NCBI GenBank assembly: GCA_963734705.1
Contig: CAVTII010000015.1
Coordinates: 400,778 to 464,777 of the forward strand
Direction: 5' to 3'
DNA: 64,000 nt
From: an uncultured Acidobacteriota bacterium
Lineage (GTDB): Bacteria > Acidobacteriota > Terriglobia > Acidiferrales > UBA7541
Shown: positions 55,484-64,000 of the stretch, one piece after another
How positions within the stretch are numbered: the stretch's first letter is position 1
Layout: each line of letters starts with the position of its first letter
Notes under the pieces: generated by a model
What the model was told of the DNA's origin: nothing
Seen by the model: the letters and a program-made list of their open reading frames with translations, nothing else
The model's database searches: none
Made by a program: the position numbers and the translations under genes

Positions 55484-55879
55484 TTATGAGATAACTTCTA
55501 GTGTTCCGTTGACTGTGACGTGGTGGGTTTCGACGATTTGTTCGTTTGAAGGGTATTCGACGATGTGCGGTACCCATTCGCCTTCCATTGTCAGTTTTTT
55601 GCCGACGATGTGGCCTGAAAGGGAGATGCCGTCCTTGTTGGGTTCGCCTTGATAAAAATAGAGTTGCCCGTCGATCAAATTGCCTTCATGGCGCTTTACG
55701 GCCAGTTCATCTCCAACGACATCACCGGCTTCTTCGACATAACGGGCATCCGAGTACACCTGCATCTGTGCGGTGTGTTCGCAGGCGTCTGGGGATTCGT
55801 CTTGGGCAAGGTTGAATGGGGCGGAGAGGAGTATGGCGAGGAATGCTGGGACGGGAAGCCGGATGTTGCGGCGATGCAT
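55484..55879 (-). CDS. secreted protein of unknown function whose last 5 codons and stop come from the IS end
   Basis: Signal peptide MHRRNIRLPVPAFLAILLSAPFNLAQ. The C-terminus ...HHVTVNGT|LEVIS* crosses the IS boundary at 55501. Confidence 0.55.
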   Translation of the reverse strand: MHRRNIRLPVPAFLAILLSAPFNLAQDESPDACEHTAQMQVYSDARYVEEAGDVVGDELAVKRHEGNLIDGQLYFYQGEPNKDGISLSGHIVGKKLTMEGEWVPHIVEYPSNEQIVETHHVTVNGTLEVIS

Positions 55880-55974
55880 GGGAGGAATGCTAGCACGGGC
55901 GAGTGCGGATTTTTCCAATTGGCGATGCCTTGTGTGCAGTGGGCGACAAGCGTCGGAGAAGGAGGGGTTGGAAG

Positions 55975-56034
55975 GCTGGCCAATCTGGAGATTCATCCCG
56001 CGAAAAGCGCGGGATGAAGGGGAGGGGGCGCTCC
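55975..56034 (+). repeat. ~60-bp interspersed repeat (family as 45568)
   Basis: GCTGGCCAATCTGGAGATTCATCCCGCGAAAAGCGCGGGATGAAGGGGAGGGGGCGCTCC. Confidence 0.8.
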
Positions 56035-56235
56035 TTCGGGAGGTGCGGGTGAGGCAAAGAGGCTGCTTCGCGTAGATCGGTGAGGGTAAACAGTCTGCGG
56101 GTTAGAGGCGGGTGTATTGATGGGTGGGGGTTCGGGGGCTATGTTAACGACGGTAGCTAGCCGCTTTTGTTAGCGAATGTGGGGAGCAGTGCGTGGGGCT
56201 CCGAGCGGTATTGGTTCCCTTAATACAGGAAGCCA

Positions 56236-57366
56236 ATGACGCAGACAAGTCCAATTCAACAGCCGGTTGGGGACAAGAAGGTTAGCCAGAACAACGAACT
56301 GTTCCGCCTGCTGGTGGAGAGCGTGAAGGATTACGCAATTTTTGTGATCAGCCTGGACGGCCATGTACTGACATGGAATCTTGGGGCGCAGGCATTGAAG
56401 GGATATGCGAAAGAAGAAATCATAGGGAAACACTTTTCTGTTTTTTATCCGCCAGAGGCGGTGCAAACCGGGTGGCCCACGCGGGAATTGTTACTTGCGG
56501 ATAAAGAAGGGCGATTCGAGGATGAGGGGTGGCGGGTCCGAAAGGATGGCTCGTCTTTTTGGGTTTCCGTTGTGATCACAGCATTGCGGTGCGAGGATGG
56601 GAAGCTGACGGGATTTGCCAAGGTTACGCAGGATATGACCGAGCGGCGTGAAGCGGAAGAGCGCATCCAGAATCTGAACCGGGAATTGCGCAACCGCATT
56701 ACGCAATTGAATGAATCCCAGCGAGTTGTGGAATTGAGGCCGCTGGAATTCCAGAGACTATCGGCACGGGTTCTTAGCATTCAGGATGAGGAACGCCGGC
56801 GGGTGGCGCGCGACCTGCATGATGACCTTGGGCAGCAGCTTGCGGTGCTGAAAATGATTCTGGACACGAATCCGGACAATGAGGCCGGCGAAATCGTGGA
56901 CTCGGCGATAAACACGGTGCGCAATTTGTCGTATCTGCTCCACCCACCGCTGCTGGATGAAACGGGTTTGCACGCGGCGCTGCATTGGTTTGTAGAGGGC
57001 TTGGCGAAGAGAAGCGGGATTGAAATCGAGCTGAACCTGAACCCGGTGAGCTTTCCGCGGCTGACGATGGAACTGAAAACAGCAATTTTTCGAGTGGTTC
57101 AGGAATCGCTGACGAACGTTTACCGTCACGCAAACGCGGCCAAGGCCCGGGTGGAACTCGATAAGCGGGCCGAGTGGATATCCATACGTATTCGCGATTA
57201 CGGGAAGGGGTTGGCGCGGGACGTTGACGGCGCAACGCCTTCGCCCAAGAACAGTGTGGGTATTGCGGGAATGCGGGAACGTGTGCGGCAATTGGGCGGG
57301 GAACTGACAGTTTCTAATTGTGAGCCGGGGACTTTGGTGGAAGCGAAGATTCCGTTGTTTTCTTGA
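56236..57366 (+). CDS. cytoplasmic PAS / HisKA_3 / HATPase_c histidine kinase (no TM, no adjacent regulator)
   Basis: PAS: FRLLVESVKDYAIFVISLDGHVLTWN. H-box: ERRRVARDLHDDLGQ. ATPase: ESLTNVYRHA, DYGKGL. Confidence 0.9.
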   Translation: MTQTSPIQQPVGDKKVSQNNELFRLLVESVKDYAIFVISLDGHVLTWNLGAQALKGYAKEEIIGKHFSVFYPPEAVQTGWPTRELLLADKEGRFEDEGWRVRKDGSSFWVSVVITALRCEDGKLTGFAKVTQDMTERREAEERIQNLNRELRNRITQLNESQRVVELRPLEFQRLSARVLSIQDEERRRVARDLHDDLGQQLAVLKMILDTNPDNEAGEIVDSAINTVRNLSYLLHPPLLDETGLHAALHWFVEGLAKRSGIEIELNLNPVSFPRLTMELKTAIFRVVQESLTNVYRHANAAKARVELDKRAEWISIRIRDYGKGLARDVDGATPSPKNSVGIAGMRERVRQLGGELTVSNCEPGTLVEAKIPLFS

Positions 57367-57501
57367 GGCTGCGCTTTTTAGAGAGACTTGCAAGCACTCC
57401 CTTACAACACGGGACAATATGCACCGCGACTCCGCCGCGGTGGCACGGACAATTGCATTCGCGCCTGCTTTTCATCGATTGTTGCTCCACGCTGCGCCTG
57501 G

Positions 57502-57894
57502 TCACGCGCGCAGGTCTAGTTCGATGGCGTCGATCAGGGGGACTAGCCACTTGAGAAGGGCTTGGTGGGTGGGGTGCTGGACGTAGGCGTCGAGGGCGGC
57601 CTGATCCTTGAACTGCATGATGCCGCCGAAGGTGTAGCCCTTTCCGCGAGGGGAAATGTTTGGGCCGACGTGGGTTTGGAGAAGCCCGGGGATTTGCCCC
57701 TGGAAGGCAGCGATGTCTTTCGCGGCTTTTTCTTTTTGTGCGTCCGAAGTACCGGGCTTCCACTGAAATGCGAATACGTGAAAGACAGTTCCGGAGGCTT
57801 CGTCGCCCGCGGGCAGGCTGGCGGGGAGAAGAGTGGCCAGCGAGGCGGTGAGGCTGGCGTTACGGATCAGAGTGCGGCGTGTGAGCGTCGACAT
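57502..57894 (-). CDS. Dabb (stress-responsive A/B barrel) domain protein with Tat-type signal
   Basis: Start chosen at MSTLTRRTLIRNASLTASLA (twin-Arg). Dabb pattern: VFHVFAFQWKPG...HVGPN...GYTFGGIMQFKDQAALDAYVQHPTH. Confidence 0.7.
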   Translation of the reverse strand: MSTLTRRTLIRNASLTASLATLLPASLPAGDEASGTVFHVFAFQWKPGTSDAQKEKAAKDIAAFQGQIPGLLQTHVGPNISPRGKGYTFGGIMQFKDQAALDAYVQHPTHQALLKWLVPLIDAIELDLRA

Positions 57895-58062
57895 GTGTGT
57901 ATCCCTTATTGGCGGAGCAATCCACTTTGCAAGAGTGTGTGGTCGCATGAATCATACACAACTAGTGCGGTGAAGTGCGGAAGAGTGGGGTAGACGGAAA
58001 TATTTTACTTCGTGGCGATTTCGGCGGTTTGCTTCCGAACTAACACCAGGATTGACGGGAAG

Positions 58063-58126
58063 GCTGGCCAATCTGGAGATCGGTGCTCCCCAGAGTGGAT
58101 CGGGCTGAAGGGGAGGTGGCGCTCCC
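58063..58126 (+). repeat. ~60-bp interspersed repeat (family as 45568, divergent core)
   Basis: GCTGGCCAATCTGGAGATCGG...GGGCTGAAGGGGAGGTGGCGCTCCC. Confidence 0.7.
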
Positions 58127-58165
58127 TTGAGGGCGGACGGCTGCGGGTGGCGGGCGCTTGGCGGG

Positions 58166-58549
58166 TCAGCGGAGGAAAAAGATCAGGGTGTAGATTCCCA
58201 AAGTTGTGCCGAGGGGGATGTCGGACACGGAGAGCAGGCCGGCGACGATTGACAGGGAGCGTGCTGAAGACTTTCCGGCGAGGAGGGTTAATCCTGCGAG
58301 GATGCCGAAGAGTCCGGAGAGGATGGTGATGAGTATGGCGACGGCATAAAAGAAGTGGAAGAGACTCATCAAGGGTATGTAATCGGGCACGCGGGTGAGG
58401 AGTGCGCCAAACATTACGGTGGCGGTTCCACTGTAGAGAACTAGCACAATCGCCACAGCCAGACGGAGGATTCCGTAAACTATCCACAATGACGCTAAGG
58501 CACCCCAGTTCCTGCCTGGAATTCTTGCGGCCACGGTATTTGTTGACAT
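58166..58549 (-). CDS. small integral membrane protein (4 predicted TM)
   Basis: The 127-aa sequence is highly hydrophobic: LASLWIVYGILRLAVAIVLVL, and so on. Confidence 0.6.
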   Translation of the reverse strand: MSTNTVAARIPGRNWGALASLWIVYGILRLAVAIVLVLYSGTATVMFGALLTRVPDYIPLMSLFHFFYAVAILITILSGLFGILAGLTLLAGKSSARSLSIVAGLLSVSDIPLGTTLGIYTLIFFLR

Positions 58550-58978
58550 GCGGTCCTCCCGACCAATCGCCGGCCTGCCTCGCCGAAGCGAAGGACTAAA
58601 ATTTCAACGCGGGTATTGTGATGGCGCCTGAAGTGTACCCGCTTTATGAAAGCTTTCTATCGGGGAAAGAATGTAGCGGAAGTTGGGGACGACACTTGCT
58701 ATGCTGGGTGGCCGGGCAAGTTCGTTCCCGTACCCAGAGAGGCGATGTGCGCGATCACCCCGCGCCCGCCGGACAAAGATGGTGGCTATGGATTATTCTC
58801 CGCGAGATAGCCACGGAACAAACTTAAAATCATTGGGTTGGGGATTCCCCTAGTTGTTCCCACGAAGGGGCGACTCTAGCATTTACAGGCGTGAATGGAT
58901 TATCCGAGGCGGGAAAATCAGTCTCGGATGCATGTGAACCTGAAAATAAGTAGGAATCTCACCACCCGGGAGAGTGAC

Positions 58979-59566
58979 ATGGCAACAGTTGCGAAGGCGA
59001 CACCGTCCGTGCCAGAAGAACAAGATTGGACGAAACCAAAGGCGATGGCGATACCGAAAGAGGGCTACTTCCAACTTCAAAACGGGAGGTATGGCCCAGT
59101 ATATCCACGAACTCCAGCCTGCTATGGATTTACCCTCATCGCGAAAATCAAACCAGGCAGGGAAGAGACCATCCGTGCGTATGGCAAGACCATCGAAAAG
59201 GCGATCGCAGATATTCCTGATGCCCTGGCGACGCTTAAGCTCCACTACCTTCGTTGGGTTCTGTTCGACATCGGGAAAGAAACATATTTCATGTACCAGG
59301 GGATCTTTGACACAGATTTCGACAAGTACACGGAGGACGCCGTAGCCCTGTTCACAAAGTTAGGAGTGAACACGACTTTTGAGAACCTGGAAGGTTTTCC
59401 GGAAGACTGGAAGACCAACGTACCAGCGTTCGTCAAGTTCGTTCGTGAACATCAATGTCCAAGCTTCCTGGAATACGGGGAATATCCATACGTGACGGCG
59501 GACGAAATCAAGAAAGCCCTTAAGCTCAAGGCGGCCTTCACCGGCATGCTCGACCTGATGCAATAG
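58979..59566 (+). CDS. protein of unknown function, first gene of the DyP operon
   Basis: ATG preceded by GGGAGAG. 195 aa. I cannot name a motif. 33 nt upstream of the DyP gene. Confidence 0.6.
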   Translation: MATVAKATPSVPEEQDWTKPKAMAIPKEGYFQLQNGRYGPVYPRTPACYGFTLIAKIKPGREETIRAYGKTIEKAIADIPDALATLKLHYLRWVLFDIGKETYFMYQGIFDTDFDKYTEDAVALFTKLGVNTTFENLEGFPEDWKTNVPAFVKFVREHQCPSFLEYGEYPYVTADEIKKALKLKAAFTGMLDLMQ

Positions 59567-59599
59567 CAAATTATTTTTCACGCGTGACGGAGAGGAGCC

Positions 59600-60988
59600 G
59601 TGGGCATCTTGCAACGATTGCATGGGATTTCCGCTGAACCAGCCGGACGAACGGAAGAACGAGATTTGCTTGAGTTCGAGGATATTCAACATTTCTTAAT
59701 GACGAGGCCACCCGCGCGGGCTGCACGATACGAGTTTTTGTCGTTTAGGCGCGCGACCGGTGGACGTGCGTGGCTGGCGGGCCTACTCGACAAGGTGGGC
59801 ACCGCGAAGGCCGTTGGATCCAGTGCGCTGGACTCCCGATGGGTAACCGTCGGGTTCACTTGGAGCGGCCTTAGGGCGCTTGGAGCGACAGAAGCATCGT
59901 TGGCTTCTTTCCCGGATGAGTTCCGTCAAGGTATGGCTGCCCGGGCCGATATCCTTGGATTAACGGGCGGTAACCAGCCGAATCTTTGGGTTGGAGGGAT
60001 GGCAACTCCGAACCTGCATGCCATTGCCATATTATTCGCCCGCGATGTGGCCGAGCGCGAGCGATGCGCAGTGGAGCATGCAAGCTATCTGAAGCAGTGT
60101 GACGGAGTAGAACTTCTTTCTGCCCTCGATCTGGAGGCCATTCCCCCCTTCGACTACGCCCACGAACACTTTGGCTACCGCGATCGACTTTCGCAGCCGG
60201 TCATCGAGGGAACGGGAGTGGAGCCCACACCAGGATCTGGCCCAGCGCTGAAACCAGGCGAGTTTTTTCTCGGATATTCGGACGAAGAAGGTCCTGCCGC
60301 CGGAATGCCGCAGCCGGAGATTCTCTCACGCAACGGCAGCTATGTTGCCTATCTGAGAATGCAAGAGCATGTAGGCGCATTTCGCGATTTTCTCCGCGCC
60401 CATGGCGAAACGCCGGAGCAGCAGGAGTTGATAGCGGCAAAATTGATGGGGCGATGGCGGAGCGGCGCTCCGCTGGTCCTTACGCCGGATCAGGATGATC
60501 CAGGGCTCGGTGCCGACTCTCAGCGCAACAATGATTTCAACTACGCAAAAATGGACCCTTACGGCTATGGCTGCCCGATGGGAGCGCATATCCGGCGGAT
60601 GAACCCGCGCGATACCGCCGTGAACATGAATCGACGGAAGATGATCCGGCGCGGGGGAACCTACGGGCCGGAGTTGCCGGAGGGCACTCCCGAGGATGGA
60701 ATCGAGCGGGGGATCGCCGCGTTCGTCGGCTGTGCAAGCCTTGTCCGTCAATTTGAATTTGCGATGAATGTGTGGGCGAACGATCCAAACTTTCACGAGT
60801 TGGGCAACGAGCGCGATCCGATTTTCGGTACACAAGACGGCAGCTTTGACATGACCATCCCGAAGCGGCCGGTTCGGAAAAAAATTAAGGGCCTGCCAGC
60901 CTTCACCACGATTCGAGGCGGCGCTTACTTCTTTTTACCGGGTATAAAGGCACTGCGATACCTGGCGTCGCTGAGCGATGGCCTTTAA
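59600..60988 (+). CDS. Dyp-type (dye-decolourising) heme peroxidase
   Basis: GTG start preceded by GGAGAGGAG. Motifs: HFGYRDRLSQP, FLGYSDEEG, GSYVAYLRM, and the proximal-His motif CPMGAHIRRMNPRD. It continues IRRGGTYGP...FAMNVW. Confidence 0.85.
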   Translation: MGILQRLHGISAEPAGRTEERDLLEFEDIQHFLMTRPPARAARYEFLSFRRATGGRAWLAGLLDKVGTAKAVGSSALDSRWVTVGFTWSGLRALGATEASLASFPDEFRQGMAARADILGLTGGNQPNLWVGGMATPNLHAIAILFARDVAERERCAVEHASYLKQCDGVELLSALDLEAIPPFDYAHEHFGYRDRLSQPVIEGTGVEPTPGSGPALKPGEFFLGYSDEEGPAAGMPQPEILSRNGSYVAYLRMQEHVGAFRDFLRAHGETPEQQELIAAKLMGRWRSGAPLVLTPDQDDPGLGADSQRNNDFNYAKMDPYGYGCPMGAHIRRMNPRDTAVNMNRRKMIRRGGTYGPELPEGTPEDGIERGIAAFVGCASLVRQFEFAMNVWANDPNFHELGNERDPIFGTQDGSFDMTIPKRPVRKKIKGLPAFTTIRGGAYFFLPGIKALRYLASLSDGL

Positions 60989-61026
60989 ATGAAAGGTTGT
61001 TGGAAAGTTCAGAAAGGCAGGCAATC

Positions 61027-62088
61027 ATGAGTTCCACTCCTCAACCGCCGCGTACGTACAATCAGAATCATGCAGCCCGCAAGTACACTCCGGGCAAGCG
61101 GAGAGTTTCCATTTACTGGACCTGGAGTTATCCGTGGGAAGCCAACCGGAACCCCGCTGAATTAGACAATCGCTTCTCCAGCATGACCGAAGTGCGGAGA
61201 GTTGCCTGGCCCGCGTATGAAGGAGTGGAATGGGATGAAATGCATTTCCTGCAGGGAATCGCCGGGACTCTGGAACTGTTTCACCGCTCCACGCTCGCGT
61301 TTCAGAAGGTGGTGGGTGAAGTCACCGGGCATTCGGTTGCGGTATTCCAAAGAATCGACCAAGCCGGGTACAAGCTTCCGATCGACGAGCGGATCCTGGC
61401 GGACACCGATACGCTAATGGTGTTCGGTCTCGACCACCTGGTTTCCGAACAAGAGGCGGCCTCTGGGGAGATCGAGGCGATTCGCGAGTGGCTGAAACGA
61501 GAAGGAACTTGCCTGTTGCTTGGCCCTCATCACGATGTGGGATTTACCGAAGACCTGAAGCAGCGCCAAATGGAATATACCCACCACGGAGATGCCCTTG
61601 TACCTCGCCAGCAGCGTTTCGGGCAATATACGCGTTCGCTGATCAAGGCACTTGGTGTGCCGGTGATAAATCAATTTGGACTTCGCCCGGCCGTCGTCAA
61701 GGGCACTAGCCAAATTGCGCCGCTCACAATCAACAAGGACCTGGATAAGCTCGGCCTCCTCAACGGAGTTCGCACATTTAATTTCCATCCGCATCTGCCA
61801 CATTACGCGCTGACCGCCGATGACACAAAATCGGTCCACGTGCTTACGCGCCAACCGATTGATCTTGACCGGCCCCATCCTTTCACCCAGGCGGGCAACA
61901 CCGAGTTCAACTCTTTTATATGGATGCCTCCGAACACACAACGCGCGGGAGACATCCTGCTGGCAGATTCCACGATCTTTACTACCTTGTTTGGTGGCGT
62001 GGAATCTTTGGAAACCTTTTGGAAAAACCTGGCGATGATGCCATTGGCAAGCGGGTCGCAAGCGGGGAAAAGCCAGGCCATCGCCTGA
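61027..62088 (+). CDS. protein of unknown function (353 aa)
   Basis: The ORF is open from 60997; the first ATG-type start MSSTPQ is at 61027. The segment TDTLMVFGLDHLV...EGTCLLLGPHHDVG is faintly reminiscent of ThuA/GATase1-like folds, which is a guess. Confidence 0.55.
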   Translation: MSSTPQPPRTYNQNHAARKYTPGKRRVSIYWTWSYPWEANRNPAELDNRFSSMTEVRRVAWPAYEGVEWDEMHFLQGIAGTLELFHRSTLAFQKVVGEVTGHSVAVFQRIDQAGYKLPIDERILADTDTLMVFGLDHLVSEQEAASGEIEAIREWLKREGTCLLLGPHHDVGFTEDLKQRQMEYTHHGDALVPRQQRFGQYTRSLIKALGVPVINQFGLRPAVVKGTSQIAPLTINKDLDKLGLLNGVRTFNFHPHLPHYALTADDTKSVHVLTRQPIDLDRPHPFTQAGNTEFNSFIWMPPNTQRAGDILLADSTIFTTLFGGVESLETFWKNLAMMPLASGSQAGKSQAIA

Positions 62089-62131
62089 TCCGGAACTCGG
62101 GGCGCGTAGGCACTGCACGAGGAAAGGTCGT

Positions 62132-62980
62132 ATGGAACTCCTGACTAAGGCAGTGCCGATCGCGATGCTCGCCTTCGTGGTTTCAAGCATGCTGGCGGTT
62201 GGTTTGAGTCTCACCATCGGGCAGATCGTGGCGCCACTGCGCAATGGCAAGCTTGTTTTCTTCGCGTTGCTTGCGAATTTTGCGCTGATGCCGGCGGCGG
62301 CGTTAGGCATTGCCAGACTTCTCCGGCTAGACCAACCGCTCGGCGTCGCACTGCTTTTGCTGGGCACAGCTGCTGGGGCGCCGTTCCTTCCCAAGCTGGC
62401 AGGGATCGCGAAAGGGAACGTTGCATTTGCCGTCGGGTTGATGGTGCTACTCATGGTGCTGACGGTGGCCTACATGCCTCTTGTCCTGCCGTTGCTTCTT
62501 GAAGGCGTTTCGGTAGACCCGATGAAAATAGCGCGCTCTCTGGTTCTGCTCATGATGCTTCCGCTGGGTGCGGGACTTGCCGTGAACGCCTGGTTCGTAA
62601 GAGTCGCGGAAAAATTGCGCGCGCCGCTTGGCCGGACCTCCACTCTAAGCCTGGTATTCCTGATTCTGCTCATGCTGGTGACGAACGTTCAGAATCTCGT
62701 CTCCTTATTCGGAACACGCGGCATTCTGGCGAGCATTCTATTTCTATTTGTCGGTGCTGGGGTTGGATGGCTTCTGGGCGGTCCGGGCTCGGGAACCAAG
62801 GGAGTGCTGGCCCTCGCTACTGCACAACGCAATATTGCCGCTGCGCTTGTCGTTGGTGGGAAGGATTTCGACGACCCGAAGGTGCTGGTTATGATTGTGG
62901 TGGTTGCCGTCGTCGGGCTGCTTATTCTGATGCCGCTGGCTCGCGTGCTTGGGAGCCGGAGTGCGGAAAGTCCGGCTTAG
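62132..62980 (+). CDS. bile acid:sodium symporter (BASS) family transporter
   Basis: It has about 8-9 TM segments. The pattern LLLLGTAAGAPFLPKLA ... ATAQRNIAAALVV is typical of SBF-like transporters. Confidence 0.7.
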   Translation: MELLTKAVPIAMLAFVVSSMLAVGLSLTIGQIVAPLRNGKLVFFALLANFALMPAAALGIARLLRLDQPLGVALLLLGTAAGAPFLPKLAGIAKGNVAFAVGLMVLLMVLTVAYMPLVLPLLLEGVSVDPMKIARSLVLLMMLPLGAGLAVNAWFVRVAEKLRAPLGRTSTLSLVFLILLMLVTNVQNLVSLFGTRGILASILFLFVGAGVGWLLGGPGSGTKGVLALATAQRNIAAALVVGGKDFDDPKVLVMIVVVAVVGLLILMPLARVLGSRSAESPA

Positions 62981-62994
62981 GCCAACAGGACTGC

Positions 62995-63936
62995 ATGAGA
63001 CCGGCCTTGGCATTCCGTTTCTTCACTCTGATTACTTCCGTTATAGCCGCCAACTTCATTTTCTTGATTCCCGTGAAAGCGCAAGTCAGAGGCGTTTACC
63101 CCGTAGGCATGAATGCCACCAATTCTGGAGTGACACCTGAAGCGGGAATCACCTATTCAAACCTATTTGTCTTTTTCTCCCGTGATGAAGAAAAGGGCCC
63201 TGACGGGGAAATAGTGGCAACCGGCCAGAACTCGATATTGATGGATCTGAACACTTTTGTCTGGGTAAGCAAAAAGGAGATCGGATTTCTGGGCGGAGCA
63301 GTGTTTTCGGCATCCGCAACGCTTCCAATTGCAAACAACTCTCTCACTTCGGATATCCAGGGTTCCATCAGCGGTGGTGGTGGGTTTGCGGATTCTTACT
63401 ATCAACCAGTTATTTTAGGCTGGCGCAAGCAGCGCGTTGCCGTTCGGGCAATCTACGGGTTTTTGGCCCCCACGGGAAGATTCAGTGCGGGTGCCAATAC
63501 GAATGTCGGTTCGGGTTACTGGACCAACGTGGTTGCGAGTGGCCAGACGATCTATCTCGATTCGGCCAAAACCACTGCGCTGTCCGTTTTTCAGATGTAC
63601 GAATTTCATGGCACCCAAGAGGGCACAATGGTCCACCCCGGCCAGACGCTTAATTTGGATTATTCGCTGACCCATACCTTCCCCCTGAATGGTGCCTTGC
63701 GCCTTCAGCTCGGATTGGTGGGCTATGGCCAATGGCAGACTACCGCTAAGGAAGCCCCAAACATTACGCCGGAAGAGGCGGCCGCGCGCTACAAGGTCAA
63801 CGCGTTGGGGTTTGCCGCCAACGCCCTATTACCGGAGCGGAAGGTAAGTTTAGGTGTTAAGTATTTCCACGAATTCGAGTGCAAATCTACCTACCAGGGA
63901 TACACACTCCAGATTTCGGCCGCGGTAACGTTCTAA
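62995..63936 (+). CDS. outer-membrane channel of the MetA-pathway/phenol-degradation-like family
   Basis: Start chosen at MRPALAFRFFTLITSVIAANFIFLIPVKAQ (signal peptide). The sequence has alternating beta-strand pattern and ends in terminal ...SAAVTF. The longer ORF from 62767 overlaps the transporter gene. Confidence 0.65.
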   Translation: MRPALAFRFFTLITSVIAANFIFLIPVKAQVRGVYPVGMNATNSGVTPEAGITYSNLFVFFSRDEEKGPDGEIVATGQNSILMDLNTFVWVSKKEIGFLGGAVFSASATLPIANNSLTSDIQGSISGGGGFADSYYQPVILGWRKQRVAVRAIYGFLAPTGRFSAGANTNVGSGYWTNVVASGQTIYLDSAKTTALSVFQMYEFHGTQEGTMVHPGQTLNLDYSLTHTFPLNGALRLQLGLVGYGQWQTTAKEAPNITPEEAAARYKVNALGFAANALLPERKVSLGVKYFHEFECKSTYQGYTLQISAAVTF

Positions 63937-64000
63937 GCCAGATAAATCGAGGTAGTGCCGCGACGGCGATTGTGAGCTGACTTGAGGTCTTCCATCCGAG

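Larger units (their letters stand above)
54646..55501 (-). mobile_element. IS5-family insertion sequence (~856 bp, IS427/IS1031-like)
   Basis: Terminal inverted repeats CTAGAAGCCATCTCATAAATAC (54646) and the reverse complement of GTGTTTATGAGATAACTTCTAG (55480..55501), matching at 19 of 22 positions. It encodes a two-ORF transposase. Confidence 0.8.

Noticed and set aside
59567-59599. Readthrough between the 195-aa unknown protein and DyP, because the two ORFs share a reading frame.
   Set aside because: Two in-frame stops (TAG at 59564..59566 and TGA at 59585..59587) and a strong SD (GGAGAGGAG) before the DyP GTG indicate separate genes.
62767-62994. The long 5' extension of the outer-membrane channel ORF (track ORF 62767..63936).
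   Set aside because: The extension overlaps the 3' end of the BASS transporter gene in another frame and is Arg/Gly/Cys-rich. The internal ATG at 62995 is followed directly by a classic signal peptide.

Overview
This is a GC-rich chromosomal segment of about 60 genes, probably from an Acidobacteriota-like genome. That assignment is an inference from a VWFA-related Acidobacterial-type protein, three YVTN beta-propeller paralogues and many PAS histidine kinases. Housekeeping genes are leuS, guaA, nfo, ssb, mgtE and a type I-beta DAHP synthase. They are interspersed with sensory genes: four histidine kinases, three response regulators, an ECF sigma/anti-sigma/Spy-like triad, a Ser/Thr kinase with TPR repeats and a PilZ protein. 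Also present are secreted proteins of unknown function, two insertion sequences (an IS1182-like element and an IS5-family element with two frameshifted ORFs) and one REP-associated tyrosine transposase (RAYT). I found no rRNA, tRNA or CRISPR. The dominant unexplained signal is repeat DNA. Almost every intergenic region is a mosaic of at least 10 short repeat families. Several sequence-unrelated hairpin families all end in CTAC(A), which is GTAG on the other strand and is the REP/RAYT hallmark. Nearly all copies lie in one orientation. Repeat modules also sit in frame inside essential genes (at least five apparent insertions in leuS, one in nfo). One IS has landed in the loop of a REP hairpin. 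Four ORFs in the first 19 kb carry a single in-frame stop with the downstream frame intact (3 TAG, 1 TGA). One of these is a chimeric gene joining a TonB-dependent-receptor plug to a hybrid histidine kinase. Lower-GC patches hold a five-gene DyP-peroxidase operon with two unknown proteins, a BASS transporter and an outer-membrane channel, and a DHFR-like gene bracketed by direct REP copies. All functional calls come from motif recognition by eye. No database search was run, and coordinates of short repeats are good to about +/-2 nt.
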